From the NCBI GenBank assembly GCA_963743635.1, contig CAVUQO010000003.1:160001-224000 (forward strand): 64,000 nucleotides of DNA. Reading direction: 5' to 3'. The notes under the pieces are model-generated. The model was not told where the DNA came from. It saw only the letters and a program-made list of their open reading frames with translations, and did no database searches. Positions 41,235 to 51,437 of this stretch are shown here, one piece after another (positions within the stretch are counted from its first letter, which is position 1; every line of letters starts with the position of its first letter). The stretch comes from Candidatus Babeliales bacterium. Lineage in GTDB: Bacteria > Babelota > Babeliae > Babelales > Vermiphilaceae. Made by a program: the position numbers and the translations under genes.

Positions 41235-41966
41235 ATGATTATTCATTCTAATCCATTATTCACCATTTATTTTGGCAATGCTCAAGATAAACTCAATCAA
41301 GACGATTATCTCAAGCTTTCTCCCGAAACTAAGTTGCTCTCAGAGCCATCTTTTGAGCATATGAAAGATAAGCTCGGGATCGAATCCCTTATCTTTTTAA
41401 AGCAAATCCATAAAAATACTGGTTATGTGGTGACGCTAGAAATGCGTTCTTTTTTAGAGCGCCCCTTTGCAGTTGAAGGTGATTATTTATTAACCGACCT
41501 TCCCGGCATTGGTATTGGCATTATGACTGCTGATTGTTTGCCAATTATTATTCATGATACGCGCAACAATGCGATTGCTGCTATTCATGCCGGATGGCGT
41601 GGATCCGTAGAGCATATTGCGCAGCGTGCATTTTTACGGATGCAGGAAGCCTATGGAACGCGTGGCGTTGATATTCGCGTCTTTTTTGGTCCATCTGCGC
41701 AGCCATGTTGCTATGAGGTTGGTGAATCGGTTATTGCCTATCGAAATACCGATCTCTTGCTATCAGACTCATTAATAGAACATAATGGAACTGTGTATTT
41801 TAATATTGCTCGCTATAATGCCCTGCAATTTATGGATTTGGGAGTGCCTAAACTTGCATTTCACATGAACTATAATACGTGCACGATATGCGATGTGCGG
41901 TTATGCTCCTATCGACGTGACGGAAAAAGCCCGTATCGGCAAATGACAGTGGTTGCATTACGTTAG
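41235..41966 (+). CDS. pgeF: PgeF/YfiH family protein
   Basis: KQIH, TADCLPI, IHAGWRG, CYEVG, SYRR. Confidence 0.93.
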   Translation: MIIHSNPLFTIYFGNAQDKLNQDDYLKLSPETKLLSEPSFEHMKDKLGIESLIFLKQIHKNTGYVVTLEMRSFLERPFAVEGDYLLTDLPGIGIGIMTADCLPIIIHDTRNNAIAAIHAGWRGSVEHIAQRAFLRMQEAYGTRGVDIRVFFGPSAQPCCYEVGESVIAYRNTDLLLSDSLIEHNGTVYFNIARYNALQFMDLGVPKLAFHMNYNTCTICDVRLCSYRRDGKSPYRQMTVVALR

Positions 41967-42078
41967 TATAAGAGTGGTATTTTGGCACATTTTTGACTAT
42001 ACTAACTAATATCGGTACGTTACGTTAAAGAGCCATAAAAATCGGGCAATTTAGAGAGTTTAGAAATCGGGATAAATC

Positions 42079-44640
42079 ATGATCACACGCATTCTTGCAA
42101 AAATTATTGGGACTAATAATGCGCGTCAGTTGCGCAGAATCCAGCCCATTGTGGACAAAATTAACGCATTTGAGCCGGCTATTAGTAGTCTTAATGATGA
42201 ACAGCTTGCCGCCAAAACGATGGAATTTCGTGAGCAGCTCAGTCAGGGCAAAACGCTCGATGATATTTTACCTGAAGCGTTTGCAGTAGTGCGTGAAACC
42301 AGTAAACGAGTTATGGGGCAACGCCATTACGATGTTCAGCTCATTGGCGGTATCGTGCTCCATCAAGGAAAAATTTCTGAAATGAAAACCGGTGAAGGTA
42401 AAACACTCACCGCAACATTGCCACTCTATTTGAACGCACTTGCCGGCAAAGGTGTTCACCTCGTTACGGTCAACGATTATTTGGCACGCCGTGACGCAGA
42501 GTGGATGTCTCCTATTTACAACTTTCTCAAACTTGAAGTAGCAGTCTTACAAAACGATATGCCTGATCATGAACGCAAAAAAGCGTATGCTGCCGATATT
42601 TTATATGCAACGAATAACGAGCTTGGGTTTGATTACCTGCGCGATAATATGAAGTTTCGCTTAGCCGATTATGTGCAGCGGGATCCAGTCTATGCGATCG
42701 TCGATGAAGTTGACTCTATTTTGATTGATGAAGCTCGTACACCATTGATCATTTCAGGAGCTACTGATAAAAGTAGTCGTCTCTATGTTGATGCCAATCA
42801 AGTGGTCAAGCATTTCAAAAAAGATGAAGATTATGTGGTCGATGAAAAAGAACGTTCATCGCAATTTACCGACGTTGCGATCGACAAAATTGAAAAGGCA
42901 TTCAATATCACCAATCTTTATGCCATTGAGCATTTGCCGCTCTTGCATCACGTAACGCAGGCCTTGCGCGCGAATACATTGTATCGCCGTGACGTTGATT
43001 ATGTGGTCAAAGATAAAGAAGTTCTCATCGTAGATGAATTTACTGGACGTATTTTACCAGGGCGCCGCTACAGTGATGGCTTGCATCAGGCGCTAGAAGC
43101 AAAAGAAGGCGTTGAGATTGAGCAAGAAAGTCAGACGCTCGCCTCTATTACTTTACAGAACTATTTCCGTTTATATAAAAAGCTTGCGGGTATGACTGGT
43201 ACTGCAGCAACGGAAGCAGAAGAGTTTTATAAAATTTACAAACTTGACGTTATTTCCATTCCAACCAATAGAGAAATGATTCGCGATGACAAAGCGGATC
43301 TTATATTCCTCACGAGAAATGCAAAATATAAAGCGATCGTAGACGATGTAAAGGCGCGCTATGATAAAGGTCAGCCCGTTCTAATTGGTACCATTGCAAT
43401 TGAAACATCTGAGCTGCTGAGTGCAATTTTGAGCGCTAATGGCATTAAGCATGAAGTGTTGAATGCGAAACAGCATGAACGCGAAGCGGAGATTGTAGAA
43501 AAGGCAGGGCATCCAGGGCATATTACGATTGCAACCAATATGGCGGGCCGTGGTACCGATATTAAACTGCTTCCTCCTTCACGAGAAGCGGGTGGTTTGT
43601 ATATTTTGGGTACAGAGCGGCATGAAAGTCGTCGTATTGATAATCAGTTGCGAGGTCGTTCAGGCCGTCAGGGCGATCCTGGTGAATCACGTTTTTATAT
43701 CTCACTTGAAGACGATTTAATTCGTATTTTCGCGGGAGATACGCTGAAAAAGAAAATGGAATTTTTCGGTATGAAAGAAGACGAGATCATCGAATCACCA
43801 TTCGTATCTAAGACCATTGAGCGTGCGCAAGAAAAGGTTGAAAAACACAACTTTGAAATTCGTCGCCATTTGCTCGAATATGATGACGTGCTTAATCAGC
43901 AGCGTAAAGTTATTTACGATTATCGGCGGTCAATTTTAGAGGGTGAAGATCAAATTTTTGATCTTGTCCGTGATCTAATTGCAAGCGCAGCTTCCGATAT
44001 GATCGCGCATCATTGCCAAAGTCGTACGGTTACGTCAGAAGAATACGAGCAAATTGTTGACGGAGTGCATAAGGTTTCGGGATTGAGCCCTGAAGTGGTA
44101 CGTGCTGCCGGCTTTAATACTCAGAATGTTGAACTGCTCAAGCAAGATGTCACTAATTTCTTAATCGATCAGTATGCGCTCTTTAGAGAACAGCATGACG
44201 ATAAAATAATTCAAGACGCTGAAAAATGGCTCATGCTTGAAATTATCGATCAAGCGTGGAAACAGCATATGTTAAACCTCGATCATTTGAAAGAGGGCAT
44301 CGGATTGCGTGGTTGGGGTCAGAAAACGCCACTTATCGAATATAAGAAAGAAGCGTTTGCAATGTTCCAGGATATGATGGAATTTGTGCGCCGTGATATT
44401 GTGCATCATATTTTCCATCTGAAGCTTGAACGATTCAATCAGCATGAATTGGAACGTAAGCGCGAGCAAGAGCTTGATCAGTTGAACATGAGTGGCCCTG
44501 AAGATAGTGGCAATTATTTAAACGATTCAAGCGGCAAAGTCGTGGTCAAACAAGTTCGTCATGAAGATAAAGTTGGGCGTAATGAACCATGCGCATGTGG
44601 TTCTGGCAAGAAATCTAAAAAATGCTGTGCAAGTAAATAA
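42079..44640 (+). CDS. secA: Preprotein translocase ATPase SecA
   Basis: EMKTGEGKT, DEVDSILIDEARTPLIISG, QLRGRSGRQGDPG, C-terminal SEC-C motif. Confidence 0.99.
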   Translation: MITRILAKIIGTNNARQLRRIQPIVDKINAFEPAISSLNDEQLAAKTMEFREQLSQGKTLDDILPEAFAVVRETSKRVMGQRHYDVQLIGGIVLHQGKISEMKTGEGKTLTATLPLYLNALAGKGVHLVTVNDYLARRDAEWMSPIYNFLKLEVAVLQNDMPDHERKKAYAADILYATNNELGFDYLRDNMKFRLADYVQRDPVYAIVDEVDSILIDEARTPLIISGATDKSSRLYVDANQVVKHFKKDEDYVVDEKERSSQFTDVAIDKIEKAFNITNLYAIEHLPLLHHVTQALRANTLYRRDVDYVVKDKEVLIVDEFTGRILPGRRYSDGLHQALEAKEGVEIEQESQTLASITLQNYFRLYKKLAGMTGTAATEAEEFYKIYKLDVISIPTNREMIRDDKADLIFLTRNAKYKAIVDDVKARYDKGQPVLIGTIAIETSELLSAILSANGIKHEVLNAKQHEREAEIVEKAGHPGHITIATNMAGRGTDIKLLPPSREAGGLYILGTERHESRRIDNQLRGRSGRQGDPGESRFYISLEDDLIRIFAGDTLKKKMEFFGMKEDEIIESPFVSKTIERAQEKVEKHNFEIRRHLLEYDDVLNQQRKVIYDYRRSILEGEDQIFDLVRDLIASAASDMIAHHCQSRTVTSEEYEQIVDGVHKVSGLSPEVVRAAGFNTQNVELLKQDVTNFLIDQYALFREQHDDKIIQDAEKWLMLEIIDQAWKQHMLNLDHLKEGIGLRGWGQKTPLIEYKKEAFAMFQDMMEFVRRDIVHHIFHLKLERFNQHELERKREQELDQLNMSGPEDSGNYLNDSSGKVVVKQVRHEDKVGRNEPCACGSGKKSKKCCASK

Positions 44641-44667
44641 CGCACTTTATAGAAATATGTATTAAAT

Positions 44668-44711
44668 AAAAAAGATCGCGCACTACAATATGTGGTGCGC
44701 GATCTTTTTTT
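44668..44711. terminator. Intrinsic terminator after secA
   Basis: AAAAAAGATCGCGCAC...GTGCGCGATCTTTTTTT. Confidence 0.85.
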
Positions 44712-44769
44712 ATAGATTGCATCCGAAAGCGTTAGGGGCCTTAACATTATCTTACCTGGATATTGAATA

Positions 44770-45267
44770 TCATCTTATCCGTCATCCTTCGTCACATTTT
44801 TCATATCACCCCTTCTCTACGCTGAGGATCAATTATGAAAAACACCCAGGAAGGACGGAATGGAAATTCTCTTATTTGTGTAAGTAATACTGTGTTATAA
44901 AGAGCTACATAATAGCTTTTTCCCCGATCAATCAATACCTATAGCAATGAAGCGCCCTCACCTAAAAAAAATCCTCTTTTCCCATCTACGCTTTTACTCC
45001 GAAGTTTTTACTTCACGATGTGTTTTGCTCCATCGGGCTGCGCCGTTTCGTCCTGCCTGTCCGCCATGGTTCGACCCTTAGCTTTTCGCTCAGGACTACC
45101 ATGAACTGGTTGCCGCTCATCCTGAGTCCTGAGCCTGACGAAGGGTCGAAGGAGCCAAGCCGGAAGGCCTGGATAAGCGACGGTTGGGGGTGATTTTCAT
45201 AGATATGCTTTGGCATTAAATAAAAGATATTCTTGAAAATCGTGACGAAGGATGACGGATAAGATGA
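44770..45267. mobile_element. ~500-bp non-coding element bounded by perfect 26-bp inverted repeats, containing REP-like units
   Basis: 44770-44795 is the reverse complement of 45242-45267; degenerate REP arm 44785-44858; nested doublet 45064-45153. Confidence 0.6.
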
Positions 45268-45310
45268 CATACGATATCCATATGCATAGTATGCAAAACT
45301 GGCAAGAAGC

Positions 45311-45838
45311 TTAAAGAGGCTCTTCTTTATTTTCTTTGAACAGATGTTTCGCCATGAGACGCTCTAGCTCATCGATTATGTCTTGTTCAAGTCGCTCTTC
45401 TTCCAATTCTTGCTCAATTATTTGTGCATTGTGCAGAGCATTTGCTTGGTCTATGATTGCTTGCTTTTGCCGCTGAGATGGATTATTAATAAGGACTCGA
45501 CTTCGTTCTCCCAACCCACGCTGTTTTAATGCTTGCGCGCCTGCTTTGTTGAGTTCTTTTGTCTTTCCACTTCTTCCTTCTGCAGGAATTTCGCGTACTT
45601 CTGGCGCCTCTTCACTAAATTTTATCTTAGTTTGACGTGTTGGCTCGTTTTGTATTGGCGCTTGTGCTGATACCGCTTCTTGCTGCGTCGATACCGGACC
45701 AGCTGCTGGGATTACTGATTCTGCCCCTTCTGGGCTTAATCGGAGCGTCTTTTGAAGGTCGTCTTCCTGTTCCATGGCCAAGGTCGCTTGACTGAGGCAC
45801 ATTAATGCTACCATGACTACTTGTTTTAAATTTTTCAT
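45311..45838 (-). CDS. Exported hypothetical protein with RVxF-type motif
   Basis: Signal TLA-MEQ; TKIKFSEEAPEVREI. Confidence 0.8.
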   Translation of the reverse strand: MKNLKQVVMVALMCLSQATLAMEQEDDLQKTLRLSPEGAESVIPAAGPVSTQQEAVSAQAPIQNEPTRQTKIKFSEEAPEVREIPAEGRSGKTKELNKAGAQALKQRGLGERSRVLINNPSQRQKQAIIDQANALHNAQIIEQELEEERLEQDIIDELERLMAKHLFKENKEEPL

Positions 45839-46047
45839 ATTCTATCCTTTTTTGAGGCAAATTGTTTACTAATAGAATATAGCAACGAAGGGGTAGAATG
45901 CAATAGTTGGGATGTTTTTTTTTGTTTTCATGCAAAATGCAGGTATCAGGGGGTTATTTTGGTGCGGTATTTCGCGAATAAAATGAAGCGTTCAACGGGT
46001 TAAAACCCGTTGTATCGCGCTGAAATTACGCCATAGCTAAAAACCCG

Positions 46048-46129
46048 CCTTCGCTGCCCTTCGTCAGGCTCAGGGCTCAGGGCGAGCGAGGCCCGTTCAT
46101 GGTGAGTAGTGAAACGTATCGAACCACGG
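46048..46129. repeat. Nested REP-like doublet, reverse orientation
   Basis: CCTTCG..CCCTTCGTCAGGCTCAGGGCTCAGGGCGAGCG..CCGTTCATGGTGAG..TCGAACCACG. Confidence 0.8.
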
Positions 46130-46189
46130 ATGTGGTTCTTGTCGCCTTCATCCGCGCGCTAAAGCACGCAGTTTTCAGCGACGGCGAAT

Positions 46190-46217
46190 AAAAAGAGGCA
46201 GCTGGGATAGCTGCCTC
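46190..46217 (-). terminator. Intrinsic terminator
   Basis: GAGGCAGCT-ggga(t)-AGCTGCCTC preceded by A-run. Confidence 0.75.
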
Positions 46218-46244
46218 GTGGGGATTTGTCTAATGATACTTGAG

Positions 46245-46967
46245 TTACTTTAAGAACATTGAAGAAGATTGGCCGCCCTCATTTCTTCTGATGCGCTCTA
46301 GTTCTTGTGCGACTCTTTCTTTTTCTTTCTTGTCGATTGCGATACGGTCTTCCTCTGATGTTATCTGTCTTCCCGGTGAATAGATCTCGCAATAAGCTGT
46401 TATTGGATCTGTTCCTAGATCTTCTTGTTCTTCGCGTCGATCAAAATCTATGTTCTGTTCGAGCGCTTTATTCATGGCTTCAAGTTCCGATTGAGACAGC
46501 TTATTAGGGCGTGCTTCTGTGTTGCTGCTTCCTGGTAGAGCAAATCGTACTTTCTTCTTTGTAGTGGGTTCAGATTTTTTGATCCATTGAGCAATGTTAG
46601 AGCGTATCTCATTGATTTCTTCGGGTAAATAGTGCGCCCTTTGAGTTTGAGCAGAAGAATCATCCTTTGCTGGAGGTAAATTTATAATCATTGTTGCAGC
46701 TACTAAAGGTGCTGGTGATGGGGCTGCTGGCAGAGATGGCGTTGGTCTGCTAGCTGAGCTGAGTATTTGTGCGAACACTGAAGGGTGTGGAACGCCTGAT
46801 GAATCAGAAAATGTACGTGTTGGTTCTTGTACCAATGCTTGGGCTTCTCTTTTTGCTTGTTCTGATTTTTTCCATTTTTCTAGCGCTTTCTCGCTCATCG
46901 CCTCTATTGGTAGGTTGTAGAGCGTGAGTGCGAGCACTGCAAATGTTATTATTTTGAATATTTTCAT
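46245..46967 (-). CDS. Exported Pro-rich hypothetical protein with RVxF motif
   Basis: GGAGG RBS; IEA-MSE; KKKVRFAL. Confidence 0.8.
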   Translation of the reverse strand: MKIFKIITFAVLALTLYNLPIEAMSEKALEKWKKSEQAKREAQALVQEPTRTFSDSSGVPHPSVFAQILSSASRPTPSLPAAPSPAPLVAATMIINLPPAKDDSSAQTQRAHYLPEEINEIRSNIAQWIKKSEPTTKKKVRFALPGSSNTEARPNKLSQSELEAMNKALEQNIDFDRREEQEDLGTDPITAYCEIYSPGRQITSEEDRIAIDKKEKERVAQELERIRRNEGGQSSSMFLK

Positions 46968-47141
46968 AGTGTCCTCCCTCAGTGAAGATGGTTTTTTATC
47001 ATTTATTAAGGCTAAAAATAGATACCATAAGAAGTAGAAAGAGGCCATGAAGGCTGTATCTATCTATATTCCAGCCTACAATGGTTAGGGGTTGGTGTAA
47101 AATGGGCGCTCTGAATCGAGGTTTTCGTCTGGGGATTGGGT

Positions 47142-47184
47142 AAAGAGGCGGGTTTCCAGCCTTTTTACTGGAAACCGGCCTTTT
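47142..47184 (-). terminator. Hairpin downstream of the 47221 gene
   Basis: GGCGGGTTTCCAG...CTGGAAACCGGCC. Confidence 0.55.
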
Positions 47185-47220
47185 AGATAGCGGTACGTGG
47201 CCCTTTTGCGGAAAATATAG

Positions 47221-49752
47221 TTACATGTTGCCCATCTTGCTTAAAAATTCTACATCCTCCATTGATGCACCGGATGAGCTCCCTGATTCAGTAGTTGTTT
47301 CGGATGCTGGAGAAACCCCTGATGTTGAGCTGCTTGGGCTACCGGATGATGAACTGCTCGAAGATGATGAAGAAGATGATGATGAAGATGATGATGAGGA
47401 AGATGATGATGAGGATGATGAAAGTGTATAAGGAGCATAGATTTTTCTCGTTGCATTGAGTAGTGCCTGTTTTCTTCTCAATTTTTCAAGCATGGGATTA
47501 GGGGTATCTTTTTTGTATCCGGGCATCTTTTTAATTTCATCGAGCAGCTCGCTGACCCGTTTTAGTTCAGCGTCAATTTCATTTATTTTTTTCTGTGCAA
47601 ATGTTGATCTGTGTTGGTGGCCTGTGAATGCGGCGGAATTCATTGCTTTGGTAATGCGTTCATTTTCCAATTTCAAAATGAGCGCATCAAGATATTTTGT
47701 ATCTGCAGTGATTGCGTCTTGAATTGCATCATAGAGGGCTTGCTCATCCGTGCGCATGATAGTGAAGCGTGAGCGCTGGTTTCTTGGCAATACGGGGTTT
47801 TCACTTGTGCTATTAAACTGCCTAAACGTTCCGGCTATAACATTTTTTTGAGCATTAAGAGCATCTTGCTCTTTTTGTAATCTCGCAATTTCATCATTAT
47901 CAAGACTTTTTATTTTTTGTATTTCAAGCTTTGCGATTTGACGGTTAATGGCCTCAAGCTCACGCTGTATCTCTAGCGCTTTAAGCATCCAGTTATTGCG
48001 CGTTCGCATATCAGCCTCATTGAGCTCTGCGGTACGCAATCCTTGAGGATCAGCGGCAAGGCGGACCATTTCTTTTAACACTGCATATTGCCGTTCCGCA
48101 TACGGATAGGTTTCGGTATCCTGAGCCATTTTATTAAGAATGTTGTTATATTCCTCTATTTTTTGACGGGCGATGTGAATGGCTTCTTGAAATGGTTTAT
48201 TCTCAAACAACGTGGCTATTTCTGCTTGTTTAAGTATTCTAAATTGCGCGTCCGCTAACGTATCAATATCATCATCTGTCTGGTTTATGGCTTGCTCTAT
48301 GGCTGCAATACGAGGATCTTGTGCTGCTCCTTGCCTTATCCTATTCAATTGGAAGGTGAGCTTTTTTTGTTCTTCTTGGAACCTTTTTTCTTGGATGCTC
48401 AAAACGTTCCATTTTGGACTTGGAATTGTTGCATATTCTGGTTTGCACGCTTCTGCGCGCATGGCAAGTCTATTGGCAACTCGTTGAGCAGTAAGATTTT
48501 GAGCTGCCTTTAAAAGATCGGCTATCTCTTTTTCACTTGATACATTGGATACTTTTTTTTCAGGTGCTGGTCTTTGTAGTGCTGCAGGTTGTTTGCCTAT
48601 TGTGGTTGATGAACTGCTTGAGGAACTTTCTTGTGGTCGTTCGCTTTTCTGCGGTGCTGGTTTCGTTGATTTCCTGGATGCTTCTATTTTTGCTTGCTGC
48701 TCGGCAAACCAGGCCTGACTTTGTTTTCGCCGCTCTTGCGCTTCCTCTTGCAATACACGCCGACGTTCTTCAGCTTCCGCTGCTGCTCTTGCGTTTTTTT
48801 CAGCTGTTTCTTTATCTACTTGTTCCAAATTTTTTTTGAGTGTTTCTAGTTCTTCTTTTCTTATGCGTTCTTCCTCTCTCATACGTTCTTCTTCGAGCTG
48901 CTTAATTCGTTCTTGCTCTTGTGCGAGTCGCCTTGCCGCTTCATCCTGAGCTTGACGAATGGATTCCTGCTCTTTCCTTACGCGTTCTTCTTCTCTTACG
49001 CGTTCGGCTTCGAGCTGCTTAATTCGTTCTTGCTCTTGTGCGAGGCGCCTTGCCGCTTCATCCTGAGCTTGACGAAGGGCTTCTTGTTCTTTTCTTGCTC
49101 GTTCTTCTTCGAGCAGTTTAATTCGTTGACGCTCAGCTGCACCTTTTGCGAGCCATTCTTCTTCGAGCTGCTTAATTCGTTCTTGCTCTTGCGCAAGCCG
49201 CTCAGCCTCCTCGGCCTGACGAAGGGCTTCTTGCTCTTTTCTTATTCGTGTTTGTTCTTCTTCTAGTGCTTTAATGCGTTTTCGCTCAGCTTCATGCCGG
49301 GCCTGACGAGTGGCTTCTTGTTCGTTTCTTGTTCGTGTTTGTTCGAGGGCTCTGATTCGTTCTTGCTCTTGTGCGAGACGCCTTCTTGCCTCATCCTGTG
49401 CCGCTTGTTGTGCAGCGTTCTGTAATCTTTCACGCTCAAGTTGTTCTTGCGCACGGAGCGCTTCTTCTCGAGCGGCACGAGTTTGCGCTGCGAGTTCTGA
49501 TCTACGTTGGTGTAAAATGTCTCGTAATTTGTTGAGGTCTTGTTGATAATTGCGGCCGCGTGGTTCGACTGCCTCTATGTATCTTTGAATGGTCGCTATA
49601 TTTTCAGGAGTGGCTGGTAGGCTCGCCGCTCGTTTTACCAGCATTTCAGGGTCTTGTCTTATAAGAGGGGCCTGAGCCTGAGCAGCTTGAGTATAAAGTG
49701 CCAATATTGCGGCAACAATTATCATATTGATCAAAGCTTTGATATTTTTCAT
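47221..49752 (-). CDS. Exported coiled-coil protein with RLAQEQERIKQLE repeats and poly-Ser tail
   Basis: GGAG RBS; signal peptide; shares ~62-aa N-domain with the 49935 gene. Confidence 0.85.
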   Translation of the reverse strand: MKNIKALINMIIVAAILALYTQAAQAQAPLIRQDPEMLVKRAASLPATPENIATIQRYIEAVEPRGRNYQQDLNKLRDILHQRRSELAAQTRAAREEALRAQEQLERERLQNAAQQAAQDEARRRLAQEQERIRALEQTRTRNEQEATRQARHEAERKRIKALEEEQTRIRKEQEALRQAEEAERLAQEQERIKQLEEEWLAKGAAERQRIKLLEEERARKEQEALRQAQDEAARRLAQEQERIKQLEAERVREEERVRKEQESIRQAQDEAARRLAQEQERIKQLEEERMREEERIRKEELETLKKNLEQVDKETAEKNARAAAEAEERRRVLQEEAQERRKQSQAWFAEQQAKIEASRKSTKPAPQKSERPQESSSSSSSTTIGKQPAALQRPAPEKKVSNVSSEKEIADLLKAAQNLTAQRVANRLAMRAEACKPEYATIPSPKWNVLSIQEKRFQEEQKKLTFQLNRIRQGAAQDPRIAAIEQAINQTDDDIDTLADAQFRILKQAEIATLFENKPFQEAIHIARQKIEEYNNILNKMAQDTETYPYAERQYAVLKEMVRLAADPQGLRTAELNEADMRTRNNWMLKALEIQRELEAINRQIAKLEIQKIKSLDNDEIARLQKEQDALNAQKNVIAGTFRQFNSTSENPVLPRNQRSRFTIMRTDEQALYDAIQDAITADTKYLDALILKLENERITKAMNSAAFTGHQHRSTFAQKKINEIDAELKRVSELLDEIKKMPGYKKDTPNPMLEKLRRKQALLNATRKIYAPYTLSSSSSSSSSSSSSSSSSSSSSSSSSSGSPSSSTSGVSPASETTTESGSSSGASMEDVEFLSKMGNM

Positions 49753-49879
49753 GTGTTATTCTCCTTATAACATGGTAGGGCAGTCATGCTCTTTATCTAA
49801 GACTGTAAATGGAAAAAGGAGAGGAATGCAATAATCAATGCATCAGTGTTAATTCATTTTTTGTTAACAGTAAAAAGAT

Positions 49880-49906
49880 AAGAGGCAACCAGAACGGTTG
49901 CCTCTT
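49880..49906 (-). terminator. Terminator-like hairpin
   Basis: AAGAGGCAACC-agaac-GGTTGCCTCTT. Confidence 0.7.
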
Positions 49907-49934
49907 GAATATCATTACTGATTTTCTCATGAGA

Positions 49935-51437
49935 TCATTTAGCCTTTCTCATGAGCTCAAATAATACTTTCCTTAATCCATCAAATGCAGGGAGTGCTGC
50001 CCTAGATGTAGATGTTTGTGCTGTGCCTGTTATCTTTGTTTCTAGCGCTAGGAGTGCAGGTGGCGGTGTTTGATGCAGAACCTCAACAGCCTGAATCCAT
50101 AAAGATGCTCCAATTCTAAGCTGCGCAATTCTAACATTGTTTTCAGGAGTAGTAGGCTCGATTGTTGCAATAGAGCTTTCTATTGCTTCCATCTCTTTTC
50201 TTACTGGCATTTCCCATTTGTCCCCCGCGCTTCTAATAAACTCCACCATTGCTGTAAAGACAGCGTTGATCGCATCATCTCTGTCGTCGCCTTCGAGTGG
50301 CTTATACCCGCCGAAATCAATGGCTGGAGCTAGAACCGCTGATCCTGCTGGCGATGGAACTTGTGAGCGTGGGCTTCCAGGCAGTGAAACTTGTGAGCGT
50401 AGGCTTCCAGGCAGTGAAACTTGTGAACCTGCTGATGATGAAGCCGATGGTCCTGCTAGTTGGGCTTCTGCTCGCCGTATAACCTCTGCTATTTCTGGGC
50501 TAATATTAATAAACAAATCTTTTAATGCTTTTTTTAACGCGTCGTTTGCTTCAGTTTTTCCGGCTTTATCTATCAACGCAACTAGCTTTTCGAAGTCGGC
50601 ATACTTGAGAGCTAAGAGGGATAGTTCTTGCTGCAGAGCTCTGTAGGCAGTGGAGCCTTGTTCCTCTGATTCTGGGTTTTCGCGAAGCCTTGCTATATAT
50701 TGTGCACGCCCCTGAAGGTCAGCATAAAGCTCATTAAATAGCGTCTGTATTTGCGCTTGGAGGTCTTGTTTTATTGAAGCCCTAGCAAGAAGATCTGTAA
50801 TAGAAGGCAGTTGTAGTTCTGGTGAAGGAACTTGTGATCCTGCTGGTGATGGAACTTGTGATCCTGCTGGTGATGGAACTTGTGATACCTCACTCGGAGT
50901 TCGAGTTATGGTTGGCAGTGTAGCGGGTATTGGTTCTGCAGGAACTGGGCGTCTAGCAGGTACAGGGGGTCGGCTTATAGTTGGTAGTGTAGCGGGAGCT
51001 ATTGGTGCTGCAGGAACTGCAGGTTCCTCACCCGGCAGTGTAGCGAGAGCTACTGGGGCTGCACGTCTACGTTCTTGAATTGTTGTGGTTGGGCGAGTTT
51101 GCCGACTTGCTGGTGCAGGAGCTTCGGATGGGGCAGGTTGTCCAGGTTCTGCGATAACTGCTTCTTCTCCAGCGGCACCACGAGCAGCTGCGAGTTCTGC
51201 TCTACGTTGTCTTAAAATGGCTCGTAATTTGTTGAGGTCTTGTTGATAATTGCGGCCACGAGGTTCAACTGCTTCTATGTAGCTTTGAATGGTCGCTATA
51301 TTTTCAGGGGTGGCTGTTAGGCGCGCCGCTTGCTTTACCAGCATTTCAGGGTCTTGTCTTATAAGAGGGGCTTGAGCCAGAGCAGTTCGCCCGCAAATAA
51401 GCAGGGTGATGATCGTTAATTTATTCAAAATCTTCAT
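49935..51437 (-). CDS. Exported Pro-rich protein with SQVPSPAG repeats
   Basis: Start at 51437 after GGAG; shared N-domain; 24- and 30-bp tandem repeats. Confidence 0.85.
   Translation of the reverse strand: MKILNKLTIITLLICGRTALAQAPLIRQDPEMLVKQAARLTATPENIATIQSYIEAVEPRGRNYQQDLNKLRAILRQRRAELAAARGAAGEEAVIAEPGQPAPSEAPAPASRQTRPTTTIQERRRAAPVALATLPGEEPAVPAAPIAPATLPTISRPPVPARRPVPAEPIPATLPTITRTPSEVSQVPSPAGSQVPSPAGSQVPSPELQLPSITDLLARASIKQDLQAQIQTLFNELYADLQGRAQYIARLRENPESEEQGSTAYRALQQELSLLALKYADFEKLVALIDKAGKTEANDALKKALKDLFINISPEIAEVIRRAEAQLAGPSASSSAGSQVSLPGSLRSQVSLPGSPRSQVPSPAGSAVLAPAIDFGGYKPLEGDDRDDAINAVFTAMVEFIRSAGDKWEMPVRKEMEAIESSIATIEPTTPENNVRIAQLRIGASLWIQAVEVLHQTPPPALLALETKITGTAQTSTSRAALPAFDGLRKVLFELMRKAK

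Noticed and set aside
45013..45270. 85-aa ORF and similar short ORFs over REP elements (9814-10017, 11110-11319, 55622-55879)
   Set aside because: Translations of palindromic repeats with no RBS or protein-like features
45985..46190. IS200/IS605-like end palindromes (AACGGGTTAAAACCCGTT, GCGCGCTAAAGCACGC)
   Set aside because: Hairpins are real but no tnpA/tnpB remnant is visible; too weak to call
47225..47456. Poly-Asp/Glu and poly-His ORFs
   Set aside because: Alternate frames of the poly-Ser tract; likewise poly-His/Tyr/Ile ORFs at 62434-63165 are alternate frames of the microsatellites
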